This document shows positions 39,750 through 49,327 of a stretch of DNA of 64,000 nt, in pieces. The notes beneath the pieces are model-generated. The model was not told the origin of the DNA, did no database searches, and worked only from the letters and a program-made list of their open reading frames with translations. This stretch comes from Candidatus Eremiobacteria bacterium (lineage in GTDB: Bacteria > Vulcanimicrobiota > Vulcanimicrobiia > Vulcanimicrobiales > Vulcanimicrobiaceae). Position numbers and translations under genes: made by a program. Within the stretch, counting starts at the first letter, position 1. Each line of letters opens with the position of its first letter. Location of the stretch: assembly GCA_963758295.1 (NCBI GenBank), contig CAVWUU010000004.1, positions 1,248,001-1,312,000 on the forward strand, written 5' to 3'.

Positions 39750-41882
39750 ATGTCTTTATTTCAAAAATTCGCAGCCCTCGCGGCGACAAGCGCAACGACA
39801 GCCCTGCTACTCCACGCGTCTCCCGCAAACGCGCAAGCTTATAACGGCGGCGTCGCAGAGGTAAGCGTTGCCAATGGTAACGTTTCAATCGTTCGCGGCG
39901 ACAGCGGCGCGCAGGCAGCCGCAACCGTCAATGCGCCGCTGGTGCCCGGCGATTACCTCTCGACAGGTCCGGGATCGACCGCAGAAGTCCAGTTCGACGG
40001 CGCATCGATGCTTCGCGTCGGCTCTAACTCGCAGGTGCGGTTGATCGATCTAAGCCCGGGGTCGCGGGAAGCGCAAATTGGCGTCGGCACCGTGGACCTA
40101 GCCGAATTGCAAGGCGGGGGCGGCGCACAAATCGACACGCCGTCCGTGGCAGTTCGTCCGAATCAAAACGGCGACGTTCGTGTTTCGGTGAATGGCAACG
40201 GGCAAACGGCGGTTACCGTTCGCAGCGGCTCGGCGACGGTATCAAGCGGATCCGGTTCGCAAACTTTGACTCCCGGAAGCACCCTCGTCGCGTCCGGACC
40301 GTATTCGAATCCGTCGATTAATATGCAGGGCGCAATCGGGTTCGATTCATTCGATCAATACAATATGTCACGCGATCAGGCGATCGCATCGGCGTATAAC
40401 TCCAATCCGTATTTGTCCCCGCAACTCGCGGGATACTCGAATCTCTCGAACTATGGCACGTGGCAAAACGTGCCCGGCTACGGCGAGGCATGGGCGCCAA
40501 GCAATCAAAGCCAAAACAACTTCGCGCCCTATCAGAACGGCCAATGGGTTTGGGAACCGGGTTCCGGTTACACCTGGGTCGACAACGCACCGTACGGCTA
40601 CGCCGTAACGCACTACGGGTCGTGGTTCAACAATCAAAACTACGGCGGATGGTTGTGGCAACCGCCCGCCTATCAGGATCAGAGCACGTCGAATGCTCTT
40701 GCGTCGGCATGGCTTCCGGCTGTCGTGTCGTTCTTCTTGAACGGCGGTTCGGGCGTCGATCTAGGCTCGCTTCTGAGTGGCGGATTCTCCGCGCTCAACG
40801 GCGGCAACTATGGCAACAACACCGACATCGGTTGGATTCCGCTCGCGCCGGGCGAACAGTATCAGCCCTGGTATGGAACGAATTACTCGTATCCCGCGAC
40901 CCAACTGACGAGCGTCCCGACGGTAACCAACATTAACAACTACTACACCAATGCGCGCTACTATCGCGGCGTCACAATGGTTCCGGTGAACTCATGGCGC
41001 ACCGGCGACTTCCGTCACTACACCTCTACTCGCGCGCAAGAGCTGAGGCACGTCTATCTAATCCGCGGATCGGTCCCGGTGGTGCCGACCACGGCGAACC
41101 TGCATTACACTGCAACGCGCGTTAGCCGCCCCGTGACGCTCTCGCACGTCTTCACGGCACCGCGTTTCGCCGCTAAAGCACCCGCGGCGCACGTGTCGTT
41201 CGCGACGCAACAAGCGCACATCAGAGCGATCTCGGTCGCAAAACCAAAAGTCGTTCCGATTTCGGAACTGCACCGCGTTACCGCGCATCCGGTGTACCAC
41301 CCCGTGAAACGGGCGGAAGTGCACGTTACCGCGATGAAGCCCGTTGCGCCGAAGACCACAGCGCCTAAAGCGCCCGCGCCCAAGCATGAAACGGCGCCGA
41401 AGGCTCCGGCACACTCTTCGACCACGACGACATCCGTAACGCATCCCGCGCCGGCGCCCAAACCTTTCGAACACACCAAGCCGGCACCTAAACCAGAAGC
41501 GAAGCCCGCAGCTAAGCCTGAGGCGAAACCGGTCCAACATCCGAAACCGGTCACGAACGAAAACCCGGTTACGCATACCGCACCGGCGGCAAAGCCGGTG
41601 ATGCATCATGAAACCGCTCCGCTAGCGCGCCCCGAACCTGCGGCCAAACCCATAACACACACCGCTCCCGCCGCGAAACCGGTCGTTCACCAGGCGCCGC
41701 CTGCGCCCGCCGTACACCCGGCGGCGGAAGCCAAGCCCGTGCCGCATGAAGCTCCGGTTGCTAGACCGGTAACGCATCCGGCACCCGCGGTAAAGCCCGC
41801 GTCGCATCCGGAGCCGGCAAAAACAGCTCCGAAAACGACTGAGGAAAAACCCGCAGTTCATCCGACGGCGCGACCGGTTTAG
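39750..41882 (+). CDS. Exported FecR-like plus DUF6600-like protein with Pro/Ala/Lys/His-rich tail
   Basis: Signal peptide MSLFQKF..ANA-Q; NAPLVPGD.L.TG..AEVQF; YGTW..PGYG.AW.P, PY.NG.W.W..GYTWV..PYG..HYGSW, GWIPLAPGE; start estimated at ATG 39750. Confidence 0.75.
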   Translation: MSLFQKFAALAATSATTALLLHASPANAQAYNGGVAEVSVANGNVSIVRGDSGAQAAATVNAPLVPGDYLSTGPGSTAEVQFDGASMLRVGSNSQVRLIDLSPGSREAQIGVGTVDLAELQGGGGAQIDTPSVAVRPNQNGDVRVSVNGNGQTAVTVRSGSATVSSGSGSQTLTPGSTLVASGPYSNPSINMQGAIGFDSFDQYNMSRDQAIASAYNSNPYLSPQLAGYSNLSNYGTWQNVPGYGEAWAPSNQSQNNFAPYQNGQWVWEPGSGYTWVDNAPYGYAVTHYGSWFNNQNYGGWLWQPPAYQDQSTSNALASAWLPAVVSFFLNGGSGVDLGSLLSGGFSALNGGNYGNNTDIGWIPLAPGEQYQPWYGTNYSYPATQLTSVPTVTNINNYYTNARYYRGVTMVPVNSWRTGDFRHYTSTRAQELRHVYLIRGSVPVVPTTANLHYTATRVSRPVTLSHVFTAPRFAAKAPAAHVSFATQQAHIRAISVAKPKVVPISELHRVTAHPVYHPVKRAEVHVTAMKPVAPKTTAPKAPAPKHETAPKAPAHSSTTTTSVTHPAPAPKPFEHTKPAPKPEAKPAAKPEAKPVQHPKPVTNENPVTHTAPAAKPVMHHETAPLARPEPAAKPITHTAPAAKPVVHQAPPAPAVHPAAEAKPVPHEAPVARPVTHPAPAVKPASHPEPAKTAPKTTEEKPAVHPTARPV
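41290..41879 (+). repeat. Intragenic imperfect peptide repeats (PVTH.APAAKPV, KPEAKP)
   Basis: PVTHTAPAAKPV, PITHTAPAAKPV, PVTHPAPAVKP, KPEAKPAAKPEAKP in the translation. Confidence 0.7.
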
Positions 41883-41905
41883 CAGCCGCGCTCGCCTCAA
41901 AGAAA

Positions 41906-41938
41906 AGAGCCCCCGCAACCGCGGAGGCTCTATTTTTT
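41906..41938. terminator. Intrinsic terminator, probably bidirectional
   Basis: AGAGCCCCCGC-AACC-GCGGAGGCTCT followed by ATTTTTT and preceded by an A-run. Confidence 0.75.
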
Positions 41939-41950
41939 GCCTCGAGGCTT

Positions 41951-42343
41951 TTATCTCAATGGTTCGTGCATTCCGGAACGAGCTTTGAAGATCGGCGCAA
42001 ACAAACCGCGATAAGGCAGTGCAATGATCAACCAAAGCACGGTCGCGAAGAACCAGAACGGCAGCAGCATCGGCGACGTGATCAGATGGTACGCGAAGCT
42101 ATTGTACAAAAAGGCGGCGAGCATGATGAGCGCAACCGGAACGAACCGGTTCGTCAAAAATGACAATCCTATCAGGAGTTGCACGAAGGCGATAAACCAT
42201 ATCCAATGACTGCTGAACAACGCGTTGTTAACTACTCCGGCGATCCCCGGTTGAGGCGGAGGTGAGCCGAGAAATCCCGTGATGCCCGCGAACGCGAAAA
42301 GAATACCGAGAACGATGCGGGCGACGATCGATACGATGCGCAT
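41951..42343 (-). CDS. DoxX-like membrane protein
   Basis: ARIVLGILF..G, four hydrophobic helices, NRFVPVAL. Confidence 0.7.
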   Translation of the reverse strand: MRIVSIVARIVLGILFAFAGITGFLGSPPPQPGIAGVVNNALFSSHWIWFIAFVQLLIGLSFLTNRFVPVALIMLAAFLYNSFAYHLITSPMLLPFWFFATVLWLIIALPYRGLFAPIFKARSGMHEPLR

Positions 42344-42446
42344 AACCTAAACCTTTGTCGACGCGGTGGTCGGTTCCTCATTTTGGCTCCGCCATCTGTT
42401 TCGACGCGTGAATGGGAGTTTTGACCTCGCTTAGTTTACCGCCGTC

Positions 42447-42653
42447 GCGGCGATGGGCTTGCGATGCGCGGCTTCCGGGTAAACCGATGAAACGCGAAGG
42501 CAACTCAGTGCGCACGCGAGAGCCGGGATATCGATCTTCGGATCGTGCGAAAGCATCACGGGCGCCGCCGCCCGTTGCAATCAGCGTCGCTAGAGCGCAC
42601 GCATCACCGCGCTCCAACAATCTCGCCGCCGTTCCGAAGACGTTACGGGCCAA
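42447..42653 (-). pseudogene. xdhC: Internally deleted, frameshifted XdhC/CoxI family remnant
   Basis: N-terminal RGDACALATLIAT joined to C-terminal-domain motifs VMLSHDPKIDIPALACAL (another frame) and FIGLPGSRASQAHRR. Confidence 0.6.
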
Positions 42654-42754
42654 TTTCCCCTCCGCAACACTCGTCGCTGCCAACTTGAGCCGGCATAGCG
42701 CTTCTGCAGCACAAGCCGCCGGCAAACAGTAACGCAAGCCGTCTGAAACCTTCG

Positions 42755-43765
42755 TCATTTCTCCGGCGGAACGGGCGCATCGGCTTCAATCAAGCCTGCC
42801 GTGCGAAGATCCGACCAGAACGCTTGTGGAATTTTGGTCTTAAGCGAGGTATAGTCGGCGAGAACTTGCTGTTCGTTGGCGCAGCCGACGACGAGCGACA
42901 CGGCGACATCCGGTTGGCTTGAAAACTGCAATGCCGCCGTCCGGAGATCTACACCGTGGCGTGCCGCAACTTCGCGAAGCTTCTGGCGCTTTTCGATCAC
43001 GTCTGAAGGAATCTTGTAGTTCTCTTTGCCGTAATTGAAGCGCGCGCTGCCGCTGATAAAGCCGGCGTTAAGTGACGACCCGACTACGAACTTCATTCCA
43101 TTCTGGCGCGCCTTCGGAAAGACGTGATGCAAGGCGTTTCCGTGATCGATCAACGAATATTGACGCGCCAGGAGACACACGTCGGCGTCGGCTACGTCCA
43201 TGAGTTTGAGGATCGGTTCCGGAGAGTTAACGCCAAGCCCCCACGCGTGGATAATGCCTTCGTCCCGCATCCTGCTCAGCGCCGGAAACGCGCCCTTGCG
43301 TGCAATTTCGAATTGTTCTTCCCACGGCCCGGGCAGCCACACGTTATCCGGTGAAAGATCGTGAACGAACACTACGTCGAGCGCATCCACTCCTAAGCGC
43401 TGAAGGCTGTCTTCAATCGATCGCTTCACGCCCTCAGCGGTGTAATCATAGCGCAGATTGTTGGGCGAGGGTGTGAACGGATAGTATTCCTTCGCGTTGT
43501 TATGCCGCGACGCCGTTAGCAATTTCCCGACCTTCGAAGAGAGGACATATTCGCCCCGCGTTTGTTTATGCAGAAAGCTGCCGAGACGCCGTTCAGCGAG
43601 ACCCAATCCGTACCACGGGGAGGTGTCGAAGTAACGAACCCCCGCATTCCACGCTGCTTCGATCGTCGCGTACGCGTCTTCGTCCGTCACATAGGCGAAC
43701 TCGTTTCCAAATGGGACACCTCCAAGACCAAACGGCTTTCCCGAAAAAATTTCAGCTGCGTTCAT
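42755..43765 (-). CDS. Aldo/keto reductase (D-threo-aldose 1-dehydrogenase-like)
   Basis: GVRYFDTSPWYGLG.AE, SSKVG, YDY...SIEDSLQRLG, VHD, AALQF; start ATG 43765. Confidence 0.88.
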   Translation of the reverse strand: MNAAEIFSGKPFGLGGVPFGNEFAYVTDEDAYATIEAAWNAGVRYFDTSPWYGLGLAERRLGSFLHKQTRGEYVLSSKVGKLLTASRHNNAKEYYPFTPSPNNLRYDYTAEGVKRSIEDSLQRLGVDALDVVFVHDLSPDNVWLPGPWEEQFEIARKGAFPALSRMRDEGIIHAWGLGVNSPEPILKLMDVADADVCLLARQYSLIDHGNALHHVFPKARQNGMKFVVGSSLNAGFISGSARFNYGKENYKIPSDVIEKRQKLREVAARHGVDLRTAALQFSSQPDVAVSLVVGCANEQQVLADYTSLKTKIPQAFWSDLRTAGLIEADAPVPPEK

Positions 43766-44038
43766 GCCGCCCGTTGTTCCCACTAGGCCACAACATGAAA
43801 ATCGCCCGGGCATGACCAAATCGGCGGCCGCGGAGACGTGCATACCGAGCGGTAGTCTGCCGGCAGATGCATTATAGACGGTCTTGAGCTAGGGAACCGC
43901 GCGTCCCAGGCACGCCAAAACTCGAAAGCGCCATCGCGCGGAGGAATACGGTTGCGAGCGGGTTCAGGTATCGTGGTCTCACGTTAGCGCACCAAATTGG
44001 AGCTTTAGCGCCGAGAGCTTGCGCAATACCATTTGAAG

Positions 44039-44656
44039 ATGAAGTATCGTGCCAATTACCGCAGCACTACTTGGCTCTCTCTGTTGCTCCTTTGCGGTGC
44101 TGCCGCAGCAGTTGCCGCTCCAGCGAACGCCTCTGCGTGTCTTGACAAAGTGCTACACAAGGCGGATCGAACAACCTCCACGGCAAGAGCCTTCGATTTC
44201 TATGAGGGCACCTGGACGGTTCAAATGAAGCAACGTAACGTCGATGCGGCACTCCGGCCGGCTTCGGCTTGGACTTCATTCAGCGCAAGCGTCTCCGTCC
44301 GCCGGATCTTTCAAGGTGCCGGCTTTGTTGAAGAATACCGGCTAAATAAGCCGCGCGGAACAAAGTACGCGCTCGGCACGCGATTGTACGATCCAAAAAC
44401 GAATCAGTGGGCGATCTACTGGGCGAATAAGGACGCCGGCGAGTGGGAACCACCGGCTCGTGGCGGCTCCTTGACAAAAGATGGCATAGAAATCATCTAC
44501 GATGACACGTGGGGCGGGCGCGCGATTCTTACTCGATACAAATGGACGACAGTGAACCGCGACCAGCCGGTTTGGGAGCAGTCGCTCTCGGGCGATTGCG
44601 GCGTAACATGGATCCCGAACTGGACCATGAGCTTTGCTCGCATAACGACACACTAG
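44039..44656 (+). CDS. Exported DUF1579-like beta-barrel protein
   Basis: Signal peptide; FDF..G.W, RLYDP...W.IYW, WEQS.S.D.G.TW..NW.M; homologous to 57330-57833. Confidence 0.65.
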   Translation: MKYRANYRSTTWLSLLLLCGAAAAVAAPANASACLDKVLHKADRTTSTARAFDFYEGTWTVQMKQRNVDAALRPASAWTSFSASVSVRRIFQGAGFVEEYRLNKPRGTKYALGTRLYDPKTNQWAIYWANKDAGEWEPPARGGSLTKDGIEIIYDDTWGGRAILTRYKWTTVNRDQPVWEQSLSGDCGVTWIPNWTMSFARITTH

Positions 44657-44683
44657 CCCCGACTCACACGGACTAACATCGAC

Positions 44684-44719
44684 AACCATGGTGCATTGCG
44701 CCATGGTTCTCGTCTTTTT
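44684..44719 (+). terminator. Possible terminator hairpin
   Basis: AACCATGGTGC-ATT-GCGCCATGGTT then CTCGTCTTTTT. Confidence 0.4.
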
Positions 44720-44873
44720 AATAACACGACATCACATGCGACGAAATCTGCCGTCTTCGTGACGCTAGCAGCCGTAAGTCAAGGTGTTTTAATGGCTATT
44801 TAAACAACTTCTTTAGATGCAGCAGTTCATGCTGCATTCATTTCACTAACAACGACCATAAGGACATCAACGC

Positions 44874-47800
44874 ATGAAACGACATTCGTTCAGGCGTCTG
44901 ATCACCGGACTCGTAATGAGCGCGCTGTGCGCAGGCCAGGTAACATGGGCACTGGCCGGTACGACGGGCTCTATTTCGGGCACGGTTACAGACGATTCTG
45001 GCGCAGCCGTTGTGGATGCATCCATAACAGCCCTTTCATCGTCCCAAAACGCATCGGCAAAAACCGACTCGCATGGAAGCTTCACCTTTCTCAACCTCGC
45101 ACCGGACACGTATACGGTCTCGATTGAGAAGAGCGGATACAATTCTATCTCCTATGCCGGCGTTACGATCTTTGCAGATCAGAACCAGACGCTCGCGTTT
45201 AAGCTGTCGAAAGCGCTAAAAGAGATTGCAAAGGTCTCGGCGCGCGCTGCCGGCAACCTGGTAAAGTCCGGAACCACGTCTGACGTTTACTCCGTTAATC
45301 AGGCTACGGCAAAGCAAGTTGCGACGTCTGCCGGCGGATACAACCTGGACAATGCCTACTCGGCAATCGCCAATCAACCCGGCGTTTACGAGCAAGTCGG
45401 AAATTACAATTTCGGCCAGGTCTTCTATATCCGCGGGTCCAGTTATTCGCAAACCGGCTACGAGTTCGACGGCGTTCCCGTTAACCGGGCGTTTGACAAT
45501 TACCAGTCAAACTCGCTCTCGAACCTCGGCGCTGCGCAAACGGAAGTCTACACGGGCGGATCGCCGGCCGGTGCTTCTTCCGCAACGCTCGGCGGATACA
45601 TCAATCAAGTTATCAAGACCGGAACCTACCCCGGATACGGTGACGTAACAGGAGCCGTCGGCATTCCGGCCTTCTATCATAAGCTGGATCTCGAAGCCGG
45701 CGGCGCGACGCCGGACCGGTTGTTTTCCTGGTACGTCGGCTTGCGCGGCGCAAACAATACGCCCAACTTCATCGACAACCAGAACGGAAACGAGCTCAAC
45801 CCCGATGGCAGCAATAAGTACGGGTTTCAGGGCTTCTCGAATAACAACGTTTACAATACTTACGAGAACTTCGTAGGTAGCGCGAGCTCAGCGGGGCCAT
45901 GGCCGACATGCCAAAACGGCGTCGCACCCGCGGGCTCGCCGAAGCTAGTCTATGACGGCGGCTTGGGTTTGGCCGGCGATCCGATCTGCGCGTCGTATGC
46001 GCCGCTTGGCTCCCTCGTCTCGGGTGCCGGTTTCGGCGCTTACGGTTACCAAACAGAAGACCGTGAAAACGTCGTAAACTTCCACTTCGGCATCCCGCAT
46101 CACAAAGATGCCGGCCGCGACGACGTTCAGGTCCTATTCGACAACTACTATTACCACTCGATTGGCTGGGATAACGCAAATACCAACGGCGGCTATTCTC
46201 TGATGGAACAGGGATTGACCGGTTGGGCAGCTCCCGGCGGTTATCTCGATCAAATCTTCGGTGGGGGCACATCGGCAACGGTTCCTCAATATCCCGCGGC
46301 AAACACACCGAACATCTGCGCCTTTGAATATGCCTACATGCTCGTTGGCGTAGGAACGGGTTGCGCCCAAAGCGGAGAATCGCCATTTGCTTGGGGCGAC
46401 GGCTTGTTGCTCCAAGGCGTTGGGTTCGGGACGGCGGCGACGTCGGCAAAAGGTGCCGCCAAACCGTACTTCTTCCCGAGTTCGCCTCAGAATCGCGCCG
46501 TTGCGGCGGGCTTGAGCCCGAACCAGGTATCGGGAACGAATAACAACGGCTCGATTTTCAAGCTGCAGTACACGAAGAATATCGGTTCCAACGCGTACGT
46601 GAAGCTCTTCGGGTACTCGTTCTATTCGGATTGGCTGCAAAACAACCCGAACGACGGCGGCTTCTGGCCGATCTACGGCTATGGCTTTAACGCTTCATCG
46701 CCGGATTACGAAGTCGCCTACCATACACGAGGCGTCCAAATGCAAGCCGCGGACCAAATCAGTTCGCAGCACCTGATTACGTTCACGGGCAACTACACCG
46801 CATCGACCGGTGCCCGCAGTAATAACAGTCAGGCCGGCGTTGTAGCCTCACAATCGCCCACCGCCATTCTGATGAATTCGGCGGGGCAATGCTACAGCGG
46901 CGTTACGAACGGCACCGCTACGCGACCGCTCGACGGATCGTACGCCGCCGCGGCGGCAGCCGGTACACCCGTCTCCTGCTTATCACCGCTCGCCGGCATC
47001 GGCGGACCGACGGGTGCTTATTCGTCGGCGACTGCCGTGACCGGAACGCTCGATAACGTTAACAACGGCACTCTAGCCGCGGCTCCGGCGAATGCTCTCG
47101 CCGCGGGTGCCGACTGGACCGTTGCGCAAGACATTCTGCCGAAGACGAACCGAAACTCGGTAGCGCCGCACTTTAGCTCGCTTGCGTTGCAAGACGAATG
47201 GCGCCCGAGCGACAAGATCGACGTGAACCTAGGCGTGCGGTTCGAACAATACCAGTATCAGATTCCGATCTCGAGCGATCCGGAGTCCGTATTCTGGCTC
47301 AACACGATCAATGAAACCGCCTGCGTCGCGCCGACCGGGCTCATACAAGCAGGGAGCCGCGATAATTCTCCGAGTGGAAGCGTTCAATCCATTGCGGGAC
47401 TTTCCGGCTATCCAAATTATCTGACCACCCTACCCGGACAGGCATGTCCGTTTGATAACACCCTGCGCCAGCAGACGTATCACCCGGGACAAAACGGCAT
47501 TCCGTTGCTCAGCCTTGGTGCTACGCCGACGCTGACTCACTCGACGTTCTCGCCGCGTATTGGCGCAACGTACACGCTGAATCCGGATACGGTGCTGCGC
47601 TTCACCTACGGGCGCTACACGCAGCCGACTCCTACGTATGCCGAGCAAGTGCTCACGTACGAAGATGGATATCAGCAAGCACGGAACCTTTACGGCTCGA
47701 AATACTACAACAACGGTCTCGCGTCGACGATTCATGACAACCCGATCCAGTTCTCAAACAACTGGGACTTGTCGCTTGAAAAACACTTCAAAGGTACGGA

Positions 47801-48944
47801 CATCAGTTTCAAGGTGTCGCCGTTCTATCGGTGGACGACGGACCAAGTTATTAGTGTCTCCCTGCCGGGCGGCCTTAACGGCGGCTTCAATGCGGGAACG
47901 CAGAAGTCGCAAGGCGTCGAGCTCCAAATCCAAAAGGGCGACCCGACGCGAAACGGCCTTTCGGGACAGATCTCGTACACGTACACCGACGCGAAGCTCA
48001 AGTACGCGATGATCAACGGCAACAACTCCGTTACCGGATTGCTTGCCAACCTCGATCAATTCTGGGCGTTGACTTCGAATAACAAGTACAATGCGACGAC
48101 GAATCCGACGGGCTCGGCTCCGTGTTACGACGCCGGCGCTCCGGTAATGAACTGTGCGAGCGACCCTCATGCAGTCGTTAACCCGTATTACAACCTGCTA
48201 CCGAACACCACAAAGACTCAGATGAACTCGCAGTATCCGGTGGACGGTTGGTACGAAACGTACGCGAACTTCTTCCCGTCCGACGTCGGCGGCGGCTTCG
48301 GCCTCGACGACTATGCGACGGCGATTCCGCGAAACGTGTTCTCGGGCTTCCTCGCGTACAAGCACAACAAACTGCAAGCATCACTGAACGCGACGCTGCA
48401 ACAAGGTACTCGATACGGCGCTCCGACGCAAATTGTCGGGTTGGACCCAACGACGTGCGCCGAGAACCAAGGCGATGCCGGCGTCGTTACGGGATCCCAG
48501 CTTGCGGACTACCAGAGCTGCGGTAACTCCGTCGTCATCCCAAATCCCACAACCGGTAAATTCGACGGAATTGCACAGTATACGAATCCGTGGATCTTCA
48601 ACCTCGGCGGCCAACTGTCGTATGACATCTCGCCTCGAGTGTCGGCCACGCTTTCGATGGCAAACCTACTGAACCGATGCTTCGGCGGTTCAAAGACCGC
48701 GTGGAGCACGGCGTTTGCACCGAACGGCGGCATCTGTGGATACGCTTACAATTCGAGCGCGTATCTTGGATGGTCGCCGGGCGAAGCATATAACACCGCC
48801 GGCGCTGGATTCTTCTACGGACAAAGTCCGCACGATCCGGCAAACGGCACGGCGGGCTACCCGAACCTGTTCAACCAGGCTTACACACCGCTTCTGGGCG
48901 GCTATCCGTTCCAAGCATACTTCCAACTAACGGTGAAGATCTAG
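44874..48944 (+). CDS. TonB-dependent receptor-like outer-membrane protein (receptor 2, 1356 aa), close paralog of receptor 1
   Basis: Same architecture and long identical stretches with 2739-6851, for example LGGYINQVIKTG, YTKNIGSNAYV, PDYEVAYHTRGVQ, GYPFQAYFQLTVKI. Confidence 0.85.
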   Translation: MKRHSFRRLITGLVMSALCAGQVTWALAGTTGSISGTVTDDSGAAVVDASITALSSSQNASAKTDSHGSFTFLNLAPDTYTVSIEKSGYNSISYAGVTIFADQNQTLAFKLSKALKEIAKVSARAAGNLVKSGTTSDVYSVNQATAKQVATSAGGYNLDNAYSAIANQPGVYEQVGNYNFGQVFYIRGSSYSQTGYEFDGVPVNRAFDNYQSNSLSNLGAAQTEVYTGGSPAGASSATLGGYINQVIKTGTYPGYGDVTGAVGIPAFYHKLDLEAGGATPDRLFSWYVGLRGANNTPNFIDNQNGNELNPDGSNKYGFQGFSNNNVYNTYENFVGSASSAGPWPTCQNGVAPAGSPKLVYDGGLGLAGDPICASYAPLGSLVSGAGFGAYGYQTEDRENVVNFHFGIPHHKDAGRDDVQVLFDNYYYHSIGWDNANTNGGYSLMEQGLTGWAAPGGYLDQIFGGGTSATVPQYPAANTPNICAFEYAYMLVGVGTGCAQSGESPFAWGDGLLLQGVGFGTAATSAKGAAKPYFFPSSPQNRAVAAGLSPNQVSGTNNNGSIFKLQYTKNIGSNAYVKLFGYSFYSDWLQNNPNDGGFWPIYGYGFNASSPDYEVAYHTRGVQMQAADQISSQHLITFTGNYTASTGARSNNSQAGVVASQSPTAILMNSAGQCYSGVTNGTATRPLDGSYAAAAAAGTPVSCLSPLAGIGGPTGAYSSATAVTGTLDNVNNGTLAAAPANALAAGADWTVAQDILPKTNRNSVAPHFSSLALQDEWRPSDKIDVNLGVRFEQYQYQIPISSDPESVFWLNTINETACVAPTGLIQAGSRDNSPSGSVQSIAGLSGYPNYLTTLPGQACPFDNTLRQQTYHPGQNGIPLLSLGATPTLTHSTFSPRIGATYTLNPDTVLRFTYGRYTQPTPTYAEQVLTYEDGYQQARNLYGSKYYNNGLASTIHDNPIQFSNNWDLSLEKHFKGTDISFKVSPFYRWTTDQVISVSLPGGLNGGFNAGTQKSQGVELQIQKGDPTRNGLSGQISYTYTDAKLKYAMINGNNSVTGLLANLDQFWALTSNNKYNATTNPTGSAPCYDAGAPVMNCASDPHAVVNPYYNLLPNTTKTQMNSQYPVDGWYETYANFFPSDVGGGFGLDDYATAIPRNVFSGFLAYKHNKLQASLNATLQQGTRYGAPTQIVGLDPTTCAENQGDAGVVTGSQLADYQSCGNSVVIPNPTTGKFDGIAQYTNPWIFNLGGQLSYDISPRVSATLSMANLLNRCFGGSKTAWSTAFAPNGGICGYAYNSSAYLGWSPGEAYNTAGAGFFYGQSPHDPANGTAGYPNLFNQAYTPLLGGYPFQAYFQLTVKI

Positions 48945-48969
48945 CTAGAGCTCTCACCCGTAACGAACG

Positions 48970-49002
48970 AGGGATCTCCGCTCTGCGGAGATCCCTTTTT
49001 TT
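48970..49002 (+). terminator. Intrinsic terminator of receptor 2
   Basis: AGGGATCTCCGC-TCT-GCGGAGATCCCT followed by a T-run. Confidence 0.85.
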
Positions 49003-49047
49003 CTCATCGCTTGACGCCTTGGAAGGCGACGCTGATGCCGCTAGCGC

Positions 49048-49326
49048 CTAGCGGCGAAGGTTTGCATCGACGTCTCGCATTACGGCTTGTACGAAAGGCA
49101 CAGCGGAGCTCGGTACGATGAGCACTTCCAGATCGGACGCGGCTGCCACGCGAAGCAACGTTGAGGTTTTCAAGTCGGCGCCAAGTTCGATGTGCGAGAT
49201 TGAAGTAGGCGACATCCCTACTGAGGCGGCGACCTCTTCTTGCGAGCGACCAACTTTTTCGCGGGCCTTTCGAAGCGCCTCCCCGATTCCGGCGTCCGCC
49301 AAAATGCGAGCTTTTGAATACGGCAC
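49048..49326 (-). CDS. XRE family HTH transcriptional regulator (HipB-like)
   Basis: IGEALRKAREKVGRSQEEVAASVGMS..ISHIE.G...STL; starts 1 bp after the regulator 2 stop codon. Confidence 0.8.
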   Translation of the reverse strand: MPYSKARILADAGIGEALRKAREKVGRSQEEVAASVGMSPTSISHIELGADLKTSTLLRVAAASDLEVLIVPSSAVPFVQAVMRDVDANLRR

Positions 49327-49327
49327 C

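Noticed and set aside
41290..41879. CRISPR-like or tandem DNA array
   Set aside because: The repeats are conserved at peptide level with synonymous divergence, lie inside a CDS, and there are no cas genes.
49048..49326. HipBA-type toxin-antitoxin system
   Set aside because: No HipA kinase or other toxin motifs in neighbouring genes.
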